Positions 26,001 to 33,934 of a DNA stretch of 42,267 nt are shown here, piece by piece. The DNA is taken from IMG/VR virus record IMGVR_UViG_3300017565_000010, positions 1 through 42,267 of that record; one strand, given 5' to 3'. Source of the stretch: a virus. Lineage: Duplodnaviria > Caudoviricetes. Below the pieces are notes generated by a model, which ran no database searches, had not been told where the DNA came from, and saw only the letters and a list, made by a program, of their open reading frames with translations. A program made the position numbers and the translations under genes. Numbering within the stretch: the first letter of the stretch is position 1; every line of letters begins with the position of its first letter.

Positions 26001-26962
26001 CTGATGGCGGCACCGCCACGATCCTTTCGTCCGGCTCAGTGTTCGGTTCGAAACCGAACGGCTCGAAACCTGCTTGGTATTGGAACCCCGGCAAGTCTGC
26101 CTCGACGGCACTTGATTCGAACAGCCGAAACACTGCGTGGGCGGTAGACCCTGACAGCAGCGTCAACGGCCCACAGTATGGATCAATCACCGCCAATCAG
26201 TTGGTGACCGGCTCCGTAGCCGCTTACGAGATCAACTGGAACACGGCGGGTCGGCAGGCAACCATTCAAGGAATGGCGTTGCCGAACGCCACGGACTGGT
26301 ACCTCTTCAGCAAGTGGCGCACCAACTTCAACATGGCCGACGCGTTCCCGCTCGCGGGGAACCTGTTAGACGGCCAGGCGAACATGAAGGGGTGGCGCAT
26401 CTGGAATACGGGCTTCACGCACGACATGGTCACCGGGTTCGGCGACGATGACGCGCGCGACAAGCACGTAAAGTTATATGAGAACACAGACAACGGCACC
26501 GCATTTGAGGTGCATGGCGTTGGGCTGCCGAAGAATATCTGGCTCACTGATGAGATCCAGCAGCATCAGGGCGACGTCGGCGTAGCGAACGCGGTCACGC
26601 GGATCTTCGAGCAAGGCAAGCTTCAGGCGACCTACACGAACGTATCGCGCCGTTCGCCATCGTGGACCGCGCTCTATGCGCGTTTCTACGGCCACCAGAA
26701 AGAGCGCATGAACACGCTGTCGTCGTGGCGCATCTGGTACGACATTCTCTATCTCGACGACTCATGGTGCCGCGTCGTAGTCACGGATCAAGCGACGTGG
26801 AGCACGGCGTCCACTCGCGGCATGGAAGTCCAGATCCCGACCGCATGGGCTGCCGGTTCCATCACCTTTGTGTGCCGTCGCGGTGCTCTGACTCTCGCTG
26901 GCAAATACCTGTACGTGGTTCGCAGCGATGGCACCGCCGTCCGCGTCGGCCAGTTCACTTAG
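23042..26962 (+). CDS. 1306-aa multidomain carbohydrate-active virion protein: FN3, GHL15-like TIM barrel, DUF4038/GH140 apiosidase-like with collagen-binding-type domain, lectin/lyase-like C-terminus
   Basis: FN3 (AW..VTDN..GY...FRVAGRD); DGFFVDN and VWRRDF.NGIVLV; PFLIHGDTPW, RQSKGFN, NVIWCMGGD, E.YY, RARWYN. Confidence 0.75.
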   Translation: MSSLLRIVFDPDLTPTGVPSITSVTVVSQSRLDVAWTSVTDNAGGSGLAGYNLIIDGGAPLELGIQTSYSLTGLGSNTTHTFRVAGRDQAGNVSAYSAQSQATTLSAPAPFNPLYPRLGSYAIGGQKNYQDAAVKAALSKRHVNFLSPFLGWENSRGTTFTAVTQDIKAQSTIGTQIYVYVITSSLYRAAAATNQAYWDPYNWLVTNKGFGYSNGLSEIGVMISAADASQDQANYRLTGKVVNGKRYYEYLIDFSLDVHRDGVPRSNGTSLISTAANPFLDGFFVDNVFCKERTAADYDRNGSPDAIDTIADANATMNSHVAMMSYLRSRAPTWKVMVNSADWREYETAYGFGSFSNAPLNQKAEGGAIESIENYESLAYSSVISAIKTQMDAYLPPKLGVLGWKIASFTDYAGMRYGFGTALLTDTYYYPLVGTYRSEDLPSLWYDEFNFDLGAAIDPVQTVARYQSATLGEGVWRRDFANGIVLVGARRASGATTAYSPVSLGGTFYRLVGTQAPAVNSGVAVTSVTLSPRDAIVLARVPQVGAGIFPLTIDSGGRFIRDNTGAPFLIHGDTPWSLAVQLTRTQIDTYLNDRQSKGFNTVLFNAIEHFFSANSPAYRNREGNDPFSPMTNFAAPNEAYWQLVDYIVVGCLARNMIALINPAYLGFGGGSEGWNTEVQAETAADLQAYGTFLANRYSGYGNVIWCMGGDYAGTSGERTKQWNIVTGIRTVDTDAIITAHGARTESAYSQWSSFRGSGFNLNNIYTNGTEYTFAATEYARSPAMPFIEFEGYYDDARGGTPPATPADCRRQAYASILSGACGHLFGNFPVWDFGSPAAGGSGGGVTAALTNLSTTATNQMAYVKALFTAFNWQLLQPRTDTSVVTTSLGSGATRIVAARASDGSFVMIWTTGNGFTVNLNSLSVSSIRARWYNTTDGTYATAGTFSNVGTQAFSPPGERVLVLDQSASVGGFTFDSGFSAGSGSSFADGGTATILSSGSVFGSKPNGSKPAWYWNPGKSASTALDSNSRNTAWAVDPDSSVNGPQYGSITANQLVTGSVAAYEINWNTAGRQATIQGMALPNATDWYLFSKWRTNFNMADAFPLAGNLLDGQANMKGWRIWNTGFTHDMVTGFGDDDARDKHVKLYENTDNGTAFEVHGVGLPKNIWLTDEIQQHQGDVGVANAVTRIFEQGKLQATYTNVSRRSPSWTALYARFYGHQKERMNTLSSWRIWYDILYLDDSWCRVVVTDQATWSTASTRGMEVQIPTAWAAGSITFVCRRGALTLAGKYLYVVRSDGTAVRVGQFT

Positions 26963-26971
26963 GAATAACTC

Positions 26972-27673
26972 GTGGCAGCGCCTGTCGTCGTTCAATCGAA
27001 CAAGAACCAGGCAAGCAACCACGGCACAACATCGGTCACGGTCGCCCTCACGGGCGTCAGCACATCTAATCTGCTGATCGCGATGTTCGGAAGCTTCCGA
27101 GGCGACACGCCCGGAACGATCACGGGCATCACCGACAACCAGGGCAACACGTGGACGCAGCGTGCATCGACGATGCCTGGAAGCTTCGGGCTTGCCATCT
27201 GGACGTGCAAGCCGACGACCGGCGGCTCGGTCACGGTCAGCCTGAACTTCAGCGGCGGCGACGCCAACAAGTATTCGAGCCTCAGTGTCTACGAAGTGTC
27301 GGGCGTCCACACAGATGTCATCGACGGCACGCCTGCGACCAGCACCGGCACCAGCACGGCGCCGGTCGCAAACATCCCTGATACGGCCACCACCACCGAC
27401 CTCGTGTTCGGGGTGATGACCTGCACCAATACCAATACAGCCACAGCGGGCTCCGGTTGGACGCTCGGCAATGGCTACAACGACAACGACGTCCAGATGA
27501 CGTCGGTTCTCCTGCGCACGACATCCAGCGCAGGCGCTTTCGATCCCACGTGGGGACTGGGCTCCAGTGACACGTGGTACGCGGCCGGTATCGCCCTGAA
27601 GGGCATCACAGGTGGCGGCGGATCTTCCATCGCTGCCATCTCGAGCGGCTATCAACAGAGAGGAATGCGCTAA
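26972..27673 (+). CDS. Ser/Thr/Gly-rich beta-sandwich virion accessory protein
   Basis: ITDNQGNTW motif, two similar halves, GGGG-linked short C-terminal tail. Confidence 0.7.
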   Translation: MAAPVVVQSNKNQASNHGTTSVTVALTGVSTSNLLIAMFGSFRGDTPGTITGITDNQGNTWTQRASTMPGSFGLAIWTCKPTTGGSVTVSLNFSGGDANKYSSLSVYEVSGVHTDVIDGTPATSTGTSTAPVANIPDTATTTDLVFGVMTCTNTNTATAGSGWTLGNGYNDNDVQMTSVLLRTTSSAGAFDPTWGLGSSDTWYAAGIALKGITGGGGSSIAAISSGYQQRGMR

Positions 27674-28327
27674 ATGGCAATGGTCACGTGGCTGAAGCAG
27701 AGCACCGCAAGGACGGTGACGATCGGCCCGTTCGTGGACTCAACGGACGGTGTGACCGCAGAGACGGCGCTCACTCTCTCGCAGGCCGATATCCGGCTGT
27801 CGAAGAACGACGGGGCATTCGGGCAGAAGAATCAGTCCTCGACGGCCACCCACAAGGAAAACGGCTACTACTCCTGCTCGCTCGACACGACGGATACGGA
27901 CACCCTGGGTAATCTGACCCTAGGCGTGAACGAGTCTGGTGCTTTGCCGGTGAGGCACGACTTCCTGGTCGTTCCTTCGAATATCTGGGATTCGTTCGTC
28001 GGCAACACGAACATCCTGAACACCAACGTCTACTCAATCGCGGGGCTCACCACGCTTCGCGATCTGTTCGCAGCCTCCCTCGCCGGCATCGTTACGGGCA
28101 CCTCGGACAACACCGGGTTCACCGCAACGAACTCGATCATGGAAACGACGATCACGGAGGCGACCGCCGATCACTACAACGGCCGCGTCATCGTATTCAC
28201 GTCAGGATCGCTTCTCGGGCAGGCAACGCTCATCACTGACTACGCCCTGAACGGTGGCCGAGGCCGCTTCACCATGTCGACGCTGACGGAGGTCGTCCCG
28301 AATGGCACGACATTCGTCATTGTCTGA
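27674..28327 (+). CDS. Fibre adaptor-like protein (Ig-like N-terminus)
   Basis: LKQSTA..V.IGPFVDSTDG...NGYYS..L.TTDTDTLG; context. Confidence 0.65.
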   Translation: MAMVTWLKQSTARTVTIGPFVDSTDGVTAETALTLSQADIRLSKNDGAFGQKNQSSTATHKENGYYSCSLDTTDTDTLGNLTLGVNESGALPVRHDFLVVPSNIWDSFVGNTNILNTNVYSIAGLTTLRDLFAASLAGIVTGTSDNTGFTATNSIMETTITEATADHYNGRVIVFTSGSLLGQATLITDYALNGGRGRFTMSTLTEVVPNGTTFVIV

Positions 28328-28337
28328 CGAGTAGCCC

Positions 28338-29054
28338 ATGCCCAGTCTCGCCGGGGCGGTCTCGACCCTCGGCCTTTCTGGCGTCTCTCGCGCAGCGCCG
28401 GTCTTCAATTCTGAGTACGCGACCAATCCAAGGCCGTATACCCAGACATTCACGAAACTCGGTCTCACCGCAGTCCCTGCGCCATACGCCGTCGACTTCA
28501 GCGGCAAGAGCGAACTCTCGGATGTCAGTGTCGCAGGCACCGATACCTGGTCGATCTCCTGGACCGAGTCACCGGTCGACTCGCAGGAGATCTACAGCAC
28601 CGATACGTGGCGCCTCTCATGGAGCGAGACGGCGCAGGTCCTGCGATACATCGCAGCGGCTGACACATGGAGCCTTGCATGGTCCGAGACCGTCCAGCTC
28701 GGCATCTCGGGTGTTACGGACAAGGCCGGATCAGACACCTGGTCACTCAGCTACACGGAAGTCGCAACGCTCGATGTTGCGATCGAGGCGACAGACACCT
28801 GGAGCATCTCCTGGTCTGAAGCTGGCACGGTCGATGTCTCCATTGAGGTCATCTCGGCCACGGATACGTGGTCGATCAGCTACACCGAAGCGCCGTTCCT
28901 AGAGGTCTTCACCGGCATCCAGCCCATCGGCGGCACAGATGTGTGGTCGATGTCGTGGTCGCTATCTGCCGCGGTCATCGCAAGAACGCCCGTTGACCCG
29001 CTTCGAATTCGAATCATTCCGCGCACCGCGCGCATCAGGATCGTTCCGCTATGA
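28338..29054 (+). CDS. Repeat protein with seven xxD(T/V)WS(I/L)S(W/Y)xE units
   Basis: GTDTWSISWTE, STDTWRLSWSE, AADTWSLAWSE, GSDTWSLSYTE, ATDTWSISWSE, ATDTWSISYTE, GTDVWSMSWSL about 20-25 aa apart. Confidence 0.8.
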   Translation: MPSLAGAVSTLGLSGVSRAAPVFNSEYATNPRPYTQTFTKLGLTAVPAPYAVDFSGKSELSDVSVAGTDTWSISWTESPVDSQEIYSTDTWRLSWSETAQVLRYIAAADTWSLAWSETVQLGISGVTDKAGSDTWSLSYTEVATLDVAIEATDTWSISWSEAGTVDVSIEVISATDTWSISYTEAPFLEVFTGIQPIGGTDVWSMSWSLSAAVIARTPVDPLRIRIIPRTARIRIVPL

Positions 29055-29233
29055 GCATGAAACTTCAGGTGATGAAGCTCGAAGGCGATTGGGTATCACG
29101 CCCCAAGTGGTACCGCTTCGATCAGTGGCTCTCGAACTGGTGGCACAACCGAAACGTGCTGCCCAAGAACCCTGAAACCCTCACGAGCCATCCCGCCTAT
29201 CGCGGCACCGTGGAAAAGGTCGTGGAGGAATAA
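29051..29233 (+). CDS. 60-aa protein
   Basis: ATGA and TAATG couplings on both sides. Confidence 0.6.
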   Translation: MSMKLQVMKLEGDWVSRPKWYRFDQWLSNWWHNRNVLPKNPETLTSHPAYRGTVEKVVEE

Positions 29234-29613
29234 TGGCACTCACGAACTTGGGTCTGATCGAGCACCTGAAGGCGATCATCGGCGAAGTCGGTTTCACGGC
29301 GCTCAACAGCACCAATGCCTACCTCGGCGTGGGTGACTCCAGCACCGCTTTCAGCGCGGCTCACACCGACCTGCAGGGCTCCAACAAGACCCGCAAGGGC
29401 ATGGAGTCAGGCTACCCGCAGCGCTCGAGCAACCAGCTCGTGTTTCGCGGCCTGTTTGGCACGTCTGACGCCAACTATGCGTGGGCCGAGCACGGCGTGT
29501 TCAACGCCCCAACGGGCGGCACGATGATCTCTCGCAAGGTCGAGTCACTGGGCACCAAGGCCAACACGCAAAGCTGGCTGCTGACGGTTACGGTCACTGG
29601 AGCCGCCGCCTAA
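29233..29613 (+). CDS. Virion fibre/collar-type structural subunit
   Basis: LTN.G...YLGVGD.STA....TDL...ANYAW.E.GVFNA.TGGTM.SRKV pattern; GGAGG RBS. Confidence 0.7.
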   Translation: MALTNLGLIEHLKAIIGEVGFTALNSTNAYLGVGDSSTAFSAAHTDLQGSNKTRKGMESGYPQRSSNQLVFRGLFGTSDANYAWAEHGVFNAPTGGTMISRKVESLGTKANTQSWLLTVTVTGAAA

Positions 29614-29928
29614 GTGCTGACGATCCCGGAGAAGTCCAGACAGGGCTTCGCCTTCATCTGCGAGGACGAGGATCGCAGGGCATTCGTTCCAGGCACATGC
29701 CGTCTTCGTGTCCACGATCAGCAGACGGAGACCGAGCTTCAGGGATGGACCGAGATCCCACCGGCGATGCGCATGGAAGTGTTCATTGCTGCCACGGTCA
29801 ATCGCATCCTGAACGACAACAACGCGTATGAATATCGCGTCCTGACCGTCCAGAGCGACTACGACACCGACGACCAGCTCTCCAAGGAAGAGGTGTATCG
29901 CATCGAGAACCTGCGAGGCTTCCAGTGA
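29614..29928 (+). CDS. Small beta-sandwich adaptor-like protein
   Basis: Tiled; alternating beta-strand pattern. Confidence 0.6.
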   Translation: MLTIPEKSRQGFAFICEDEDRRAFVPGTCRLRVHDQQTETELQGWTEIPPAMRMEVFIAATVNRILNDNNAYEYRVLTVQSDYDTDDQLSKEEVYRIENLRGFQ

Positions 29929-30320
29929 GCTTCGCAACACTCCTTGGCGTACTCACCGCCGAACAGATGCTGGCACTCAAGCAACTGGCCGACACTGCTC
30001 AATGGCGAGAGATTCCGTTGCGTCAGTACGACACTGCAGACATCTCGGGCTTCTGGGAAGAGTGCACCCGCGCGTTCTTCATCCGTATCCCGCCCAAAGG
30101 CCATATCCATCGTCACAGAGACGAGGCCATCAAGGGCATCACGCACCATCTCGTCCTGCAGACCAACTCTCAGGCCCTGAACTGGTGGCAGGAAGACGGA
30201 CAGGACTGCTGCATCCATCTGCAGGCCGGCAAGCGATACCTCGTCCAACGCGACCCCCTGCACTGGGCCACGAATGACGGCGATACGGACCGAATTCACC
30301 TGCTTGTGGAGTACGGATGA
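29925..30320 (+). CDS. Cupin / aspartyl-asparaginyl beta-hydroxylase-like oxygenase
   Basis: IPPKGHIHRHRD (HxD), HLVLQTN, HWATNDGDTDRIHL. Confidence 0.75.
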   Translation: MSFATLLGVLTAEQMLALKQLADTAQWREIPLRQYDTADISGFWEECTRAFFIRIPPKGHIHRHRDEAIKGITHHLVLQTNSQALNWWQEDGQDCCIHLQAGKRYLVQRDPLHWATNDGDTDRIHLLVEYG

Positions 30321-30616
30321 TGGCTCGCCCAAAAGGAGTCTGGACCCCGGACATTGTGCGCAAGCGCATCCAGGCGACCAAACTTGCAAAAGCGCTTCAG
30401 GATCACGTGTTTGGGAAAAACGAGATGAGCGCAACTCAGATACGAGCCGCCGAGATTCTCTTGCGCAAGAAAGTGCCCGATCTGAACACGACGGAATTCA
30501 CGGGTGAGCTCATCCACCGCGACATCACAGACCAGCCCCAAACCGCCGAGCAGTGGGAGCAGCAGTACGCAGATAGTCTGGAGACCCCAGCAGGGGCCTC
30601 AGAAAGCTCTCATTGA
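30317..30616 (+). CDS. terS: Terminase small subunit
   Basis: RIQATKL..ALQDH...MSATQIRAAEILLRK.VPDL; upstream of terL. Confidence 0.8.
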   Translation: MMARPKGVWTPDIVRKRIQATKLAKALQDHVFGKNEMSATQIRAAEILLRKKVPDLNTTEFTGELIHRDITDQPQTAEQWEQQYADSLETPAGASESSH

Positions 30617-31988
30617 TTGCCCACTGCCCGAGGTCTTCTACGGTGGAGCTCGCGGTGGTGGAAAGACGGACGGGGTCCTCGGCAAGTACGCGCTGAAGGC
30701 CAAACGGTACGGCAAACACTTCAACGCGGTGTTCTTCCGCCGTGAACTGCCGATGCTCGACGACGCGATTGAGCGCTCGGCCGAGATCTACGGCCCTCTC
30801 GGTGCGAAGTGGTCGGATCAGAAGAAGACATGGCGCTTTCCATGGGGCGGCCGACTCAGATTCAGGCCGCTGGAGCGCGTAGAAGACGCGGAGAAGTATC
30901 AGGGCCAGAACCTCACGGACGCGTGTGTGGAGGAAGCCGGTCAGTATCCAGACTCGCGCCCCATCGATCGCGTGAACGGCGTTCTGCGTAGCGCTCACGG
31001 CGTGCCCACTCAGCTATTGCTGACGGGTAATCCTGGTGGCCCCGGGCAGAGCTGGATCAAGCAGCGCTACATTGATCCAGCACCACTTGGAATGCGTGTG
31101 CTGACTCGTACGCTGCCAAACGGCAAGGCGCACAAGTTCGTGTTCATCCCCAGCAGGGTGGAAAACAATCGCATCCTGCTGCGGTCGGACCCCGACTACA
31201 TCAATCGCCTTTACCTGGTCGGATCGGCTGAGCTCGTCAATGCATGGCTCAAGGGCGACTGGGACGCGATAGAAGGCGCGTTCTTTCCCGAGTTCTCGAC
31301 GGCGCTGCATGTAGTGGCACCGATCGCGCTACCGAGCCATTGGACGCGCTTTCGCGCCATGGACTGGGGATCGGCCAAGCCGTTCTCCGTCGGCTGGTAT
31401 GCCGTCTCGGACGGCGAGCTACCGCAGTTCCCGCGTGGAGCCCTGATCAAGTATCGCGAGTGGTACGGCATCAAGACCGACAACCGTGGTGAGTTCCTGC
31501 CGAATGTGGGCCTGAAGCTCACAGCGGAGGAGGTCGGTACGGGCATCAGGGCTCGTGAGCTACCGACCGAGAAACTCGAGGTTGGCGTGCTCGACCCATC
31601 AGCATTCTCCGAAGACGGCGGCCCCAGCATCGCAAGCCGGCTCGGCGTGATCTTCAGGCGCGCCGACAACAAGCGCGTTGCGCAGGCGGGCGCTCTGGGT
31701 GGATGGGATCAGTTGCGCGCCCGGCTCAAAGGCGAGGAGGGCAGGCCGATGCTGTACTTCTTCTCGACCTGTACGCACACGATCAGAACGCTTCCTGCAC
31801 TTCAGCACGACCCAGTGAAGGCAGAGGACGTTGACACAGACGGTGAGGATCACGCGCCTGACGAGACACGCTATGCGTGCATGTCACGCCCATGGATTGC
31901 GCCCTCGGCCAACAGCAAGCAACAGAAGGTCAAAGACTACGGTGGTCTCGATGAACGTGATGAAGAGGACTCGTGGAAGATAGCGTAG
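30504..31988 (+). CDS. terL: Terminase large subunit
   Basis: Walker A YGGARGGGKT, Walker B CVEEAG, LTGNPGG, nuclease MDWG and EDHAPDETRY; start uncertain. Confidence 0.95.
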   Translation: MSSSTATSQTSPKPPSSGSSSTQIVWRPQQGPQKALIDCPLPEVFYGGARGGGKTDGVLGKYALKAKRYGKHFNAVFFRRELPMLDDAIERSAEIYGPLGAKWSDQKKTWRFPWGGRLRFRPLERVEDAEKYQGQNLTDACVEEAGQYPDSRPIDRVNGVLRSAHGVPTQLLLTGNPGGPGQSWIKQRYIDPAPLGMRVLTRTLPNGKAHKFVFIPSRVENNRILLRSDPDYINRLYLVGSAELVNAWLKGDWDAIEGAFFPEFSTALHVVAPIALPSHWTRFRAMDWGSAKPFSVGWYAVSDGELPQFPRGALIKYREWYGIKTDNRGEFLPNVGLKLTAEEVGTGIRARELPTEKLEVGVLDPSAFSEDGGPSIASRLGVIFRRADNKRVAQAGALGGWDQLRARLKGEEGRPMLYFFSTCTHTIRTLPALQHDPVKAEDVDTDGEDHAPDETRYACMSRPWIAPSANSKQQKVKDYGGLDERDEEDSWKIA

Positions 31989-33871
31989 ACGGTCTGCAGG
32001 ACCGTATCTCAGAGTTCCGCGACTTCACCACTTCAACTGTCACCGCACGCGCGCTCGCCGAGAAGTGCCGCGACTACAAGAACGGCGAGCAGCTGTCAGA
32101 GGAGGAGATCAAGGCGCTCAAGAAGCGCAAACAGCCGCCGGTCGTCGACAACAAGATCCAGGACAAGTACGACACGCTGATCGGCATCGAGCAGCAGACG
32201 CGCACCGACCCGAAAGCCTATCCTCGCACGCCTCAGCATGAGGATGATGCAGACGCGGCCACCGACTCACTGCGCTACGTCAAGGACGACAACTCGTTCA
32301 CCGAGACTACGACAGCCGCCTTCGACAACCTCGTAGTAGAGGGCCTGTGCGCGGGTGAGGTGATCATAGAGCCGCGCGAGCGCAAGTTTCCCCGCGTGCT
32401 GATGAAGCGCATCCGCTGGGATCGGGTGTACTACGACCCGCATTCGCTGGAGCTCGACTACTCGGACGCGCGCTACAAGGGCTTCTTCACCTGGATGGAC
32501 CTGGAAGACGCCAAGGCCATGCCGCAGTGGAAAGGCAAAGGCGAGATCCTCGACCAGTGTTTCTCTGGCGATTCGATCAGCACGGACAGCACGCACGAGG
32601 ACAAGCCGCGCTTCGCGATGATCAGCGACAAGCGCAAGCGGATTCAGGTGTTCACGACCTACTACCGCAAGTCCGACTACTGGATGCGCGCGGTGTGGTG
32701 CCTGGGGGGCTATCTCGAGGGCCCTGAGAAGTCCAACTACAAGGATCAGGATGGAAACCCGGACTGCTGCATCGAGTTGCAGGCGGTCTACAAGGATAAG
32801 GACGGCAACCCCTTCGGGGCAGTGAAGCGCTGGCTCGACCTGCAGGACGCTCACAACAAGCGTCACTCGAAGATGCTTCACCTGCTCAACACGAAGCAGC
32901 TGCATACGGAGAAAGGCGCGTTCGCAGACATCAACAAGGCCCGCGCGGAGCTCCACAAGCCCGATGGCGTGATCGAGTACACGCAGGGCATGAAGTCCGA
33001 GATCATCACGAATCTCGACATGGCGCAGGGGCAGTTCCAGCTCCTGCAGTACACGGATGCTCAGTTGTCGGCAACAGGGCCCAACGCGGCACTGATGGGC
33101 CAGACAGGCGATATCTCAGGCCGCGCCAAGCAGCTCGACCAGCAGGGCGGGATGCTCATGACCGCGCCGCTTGCCAATGCATTGCGCTCCTGGAAAACGC
33201 GCATGTATCGCCACGCGTGGAACCGCATTCGCCAGTACTGGACGGCGCCCATGTGGATTCGGGTGACGGACAACGAAGACAACGTTCGATTTGCCGGGCT
33301 CAACCAGCCGACGACCGTGGGCGAGATGCAGGCCAAGCGCCTCGCCAAGCAGAAACTGCAGCCAGAGCAGAAGGCCGCAATGGTTCAGCAGATCGCTGCT
33401 GACCCGGAAGCGATGAGCCGGACGATCGAGAACAACGTCGCCGAGATGGACGTCGACATCATCATCGACGAAGCACCGGACACGGTCATCGTCCAGTCCG
33501 AGGAGTTCGAGAAGCTCGTGCGTCTTGCCGAGTCGGGAGCGGTGCAGATCCCGCCGAAGGCGCTGATCGCCGCTTCGCAGCTTCGGGCGCAGACCAAGAA
33601 ACAGATCATGGACGAGATGTCGGGCGCGAACGACCCGATGGCTCAGCAGATGGCGCAGATGCAGGCTCGCATGATGGAGCTCGAGGCCATGCTGAAAGAG
33701 GCCGAAGTGCGCAAGGTCAACGCGCAGGCCGCCAAGGACGAAGCCGCCACCGTCGAAAGTCAGGTGGACGCGAGCGTCAAGGTCGCAGAGTTCACCACCC
33801 CGCAGGCCGATCCTGCGACGGGCCAGGCTGGCGCAAAGCCAGCAGCTAAGACACAAGTTTCAGTCAATTAA
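31973..33871 (+). CDS. Portal protein (P22-like, long C-terminal helical barrel)
   Basis: Follows terL; 632 aa; SGRAKQLDQQGG; Gln/Met-rich C-terminal coil. Confidence 0.9.
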   Translation: MEDSVDGLQDRISEFRDFTTSTVTARALAEKCRDYKNGEQLSEEEIKALKKRKQPPVVDNKIQDKYDTLIGIEQQTRTDPKAYPRTPQHEDDADAATDSLRYVKDDNSFTETTTAAFDNLVVEGLCAGEVIIEPRERKFPRVLMKRIRWDRVYYDPHSLELDYSDARYKGFFTWMDLEDAKAMPQWKGKGEILDQCFSGDSISTDSTHEDKPRFAMISDKRKRIQVFTTYYRKSDYWMRAVWCLGGYLEGPEKSNYKDQDGNPDCCIELQAVYKDKDGNPFGAVKRWLDLQDAHNKRHSKMLHLLNTKQLHTEKGAFADINKARAELHKPDGVIEYTQGMKSEIITNLDMAQGQFQLLQYTDAQLSATGPNAALMGQTGDISGRAKQLDQQGGMLMTAPLANALRSWKTRMYRHAWNRIRQYWTAPMWIRVTDNEDNVRFAGLNQPTTVGEMQAKRLAKQKLQPEQKAAMVQQIAADPEAMSRTIENNVAEMDVDIIIDEAPDTVIVQSEEFEKLVRLAESGAVQIPPKALIAASQLRAQTKKQIMDEMSGANDPMAQQMAQMQARMMELEAMLKEAEVRKVNAQAAKDEAATVESQVDASVKVAEFTTPQADPATGQAGAKPAAKTQVSVN

Positions 33872-33873
33872 CC

Positions 33874-33924
33874 GCCGCCGGGTTTCGGGCGTTCTCACAT
33901 GGTGCCGCCGACCTCACGGGCGTT
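33874..33924 (+). promoter_or_regulatory. Tandem GCCGCCG-N5/6-CGGGCGTT element in the scaffold leader
   Basis: Copies at 33874-33893 and 33904-33924, abutting the GGAG RBS. Confidence 0.55.
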
Positions 33925-33934
33925 TGGAGCGTGT

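Noticed and set aside
28338-29054. Repeats as CRISPR array or DGR template
   Set aside because: Repeats are conserved at protein level with synonymous variation; no cas or reverse transcriptase gene in the genome
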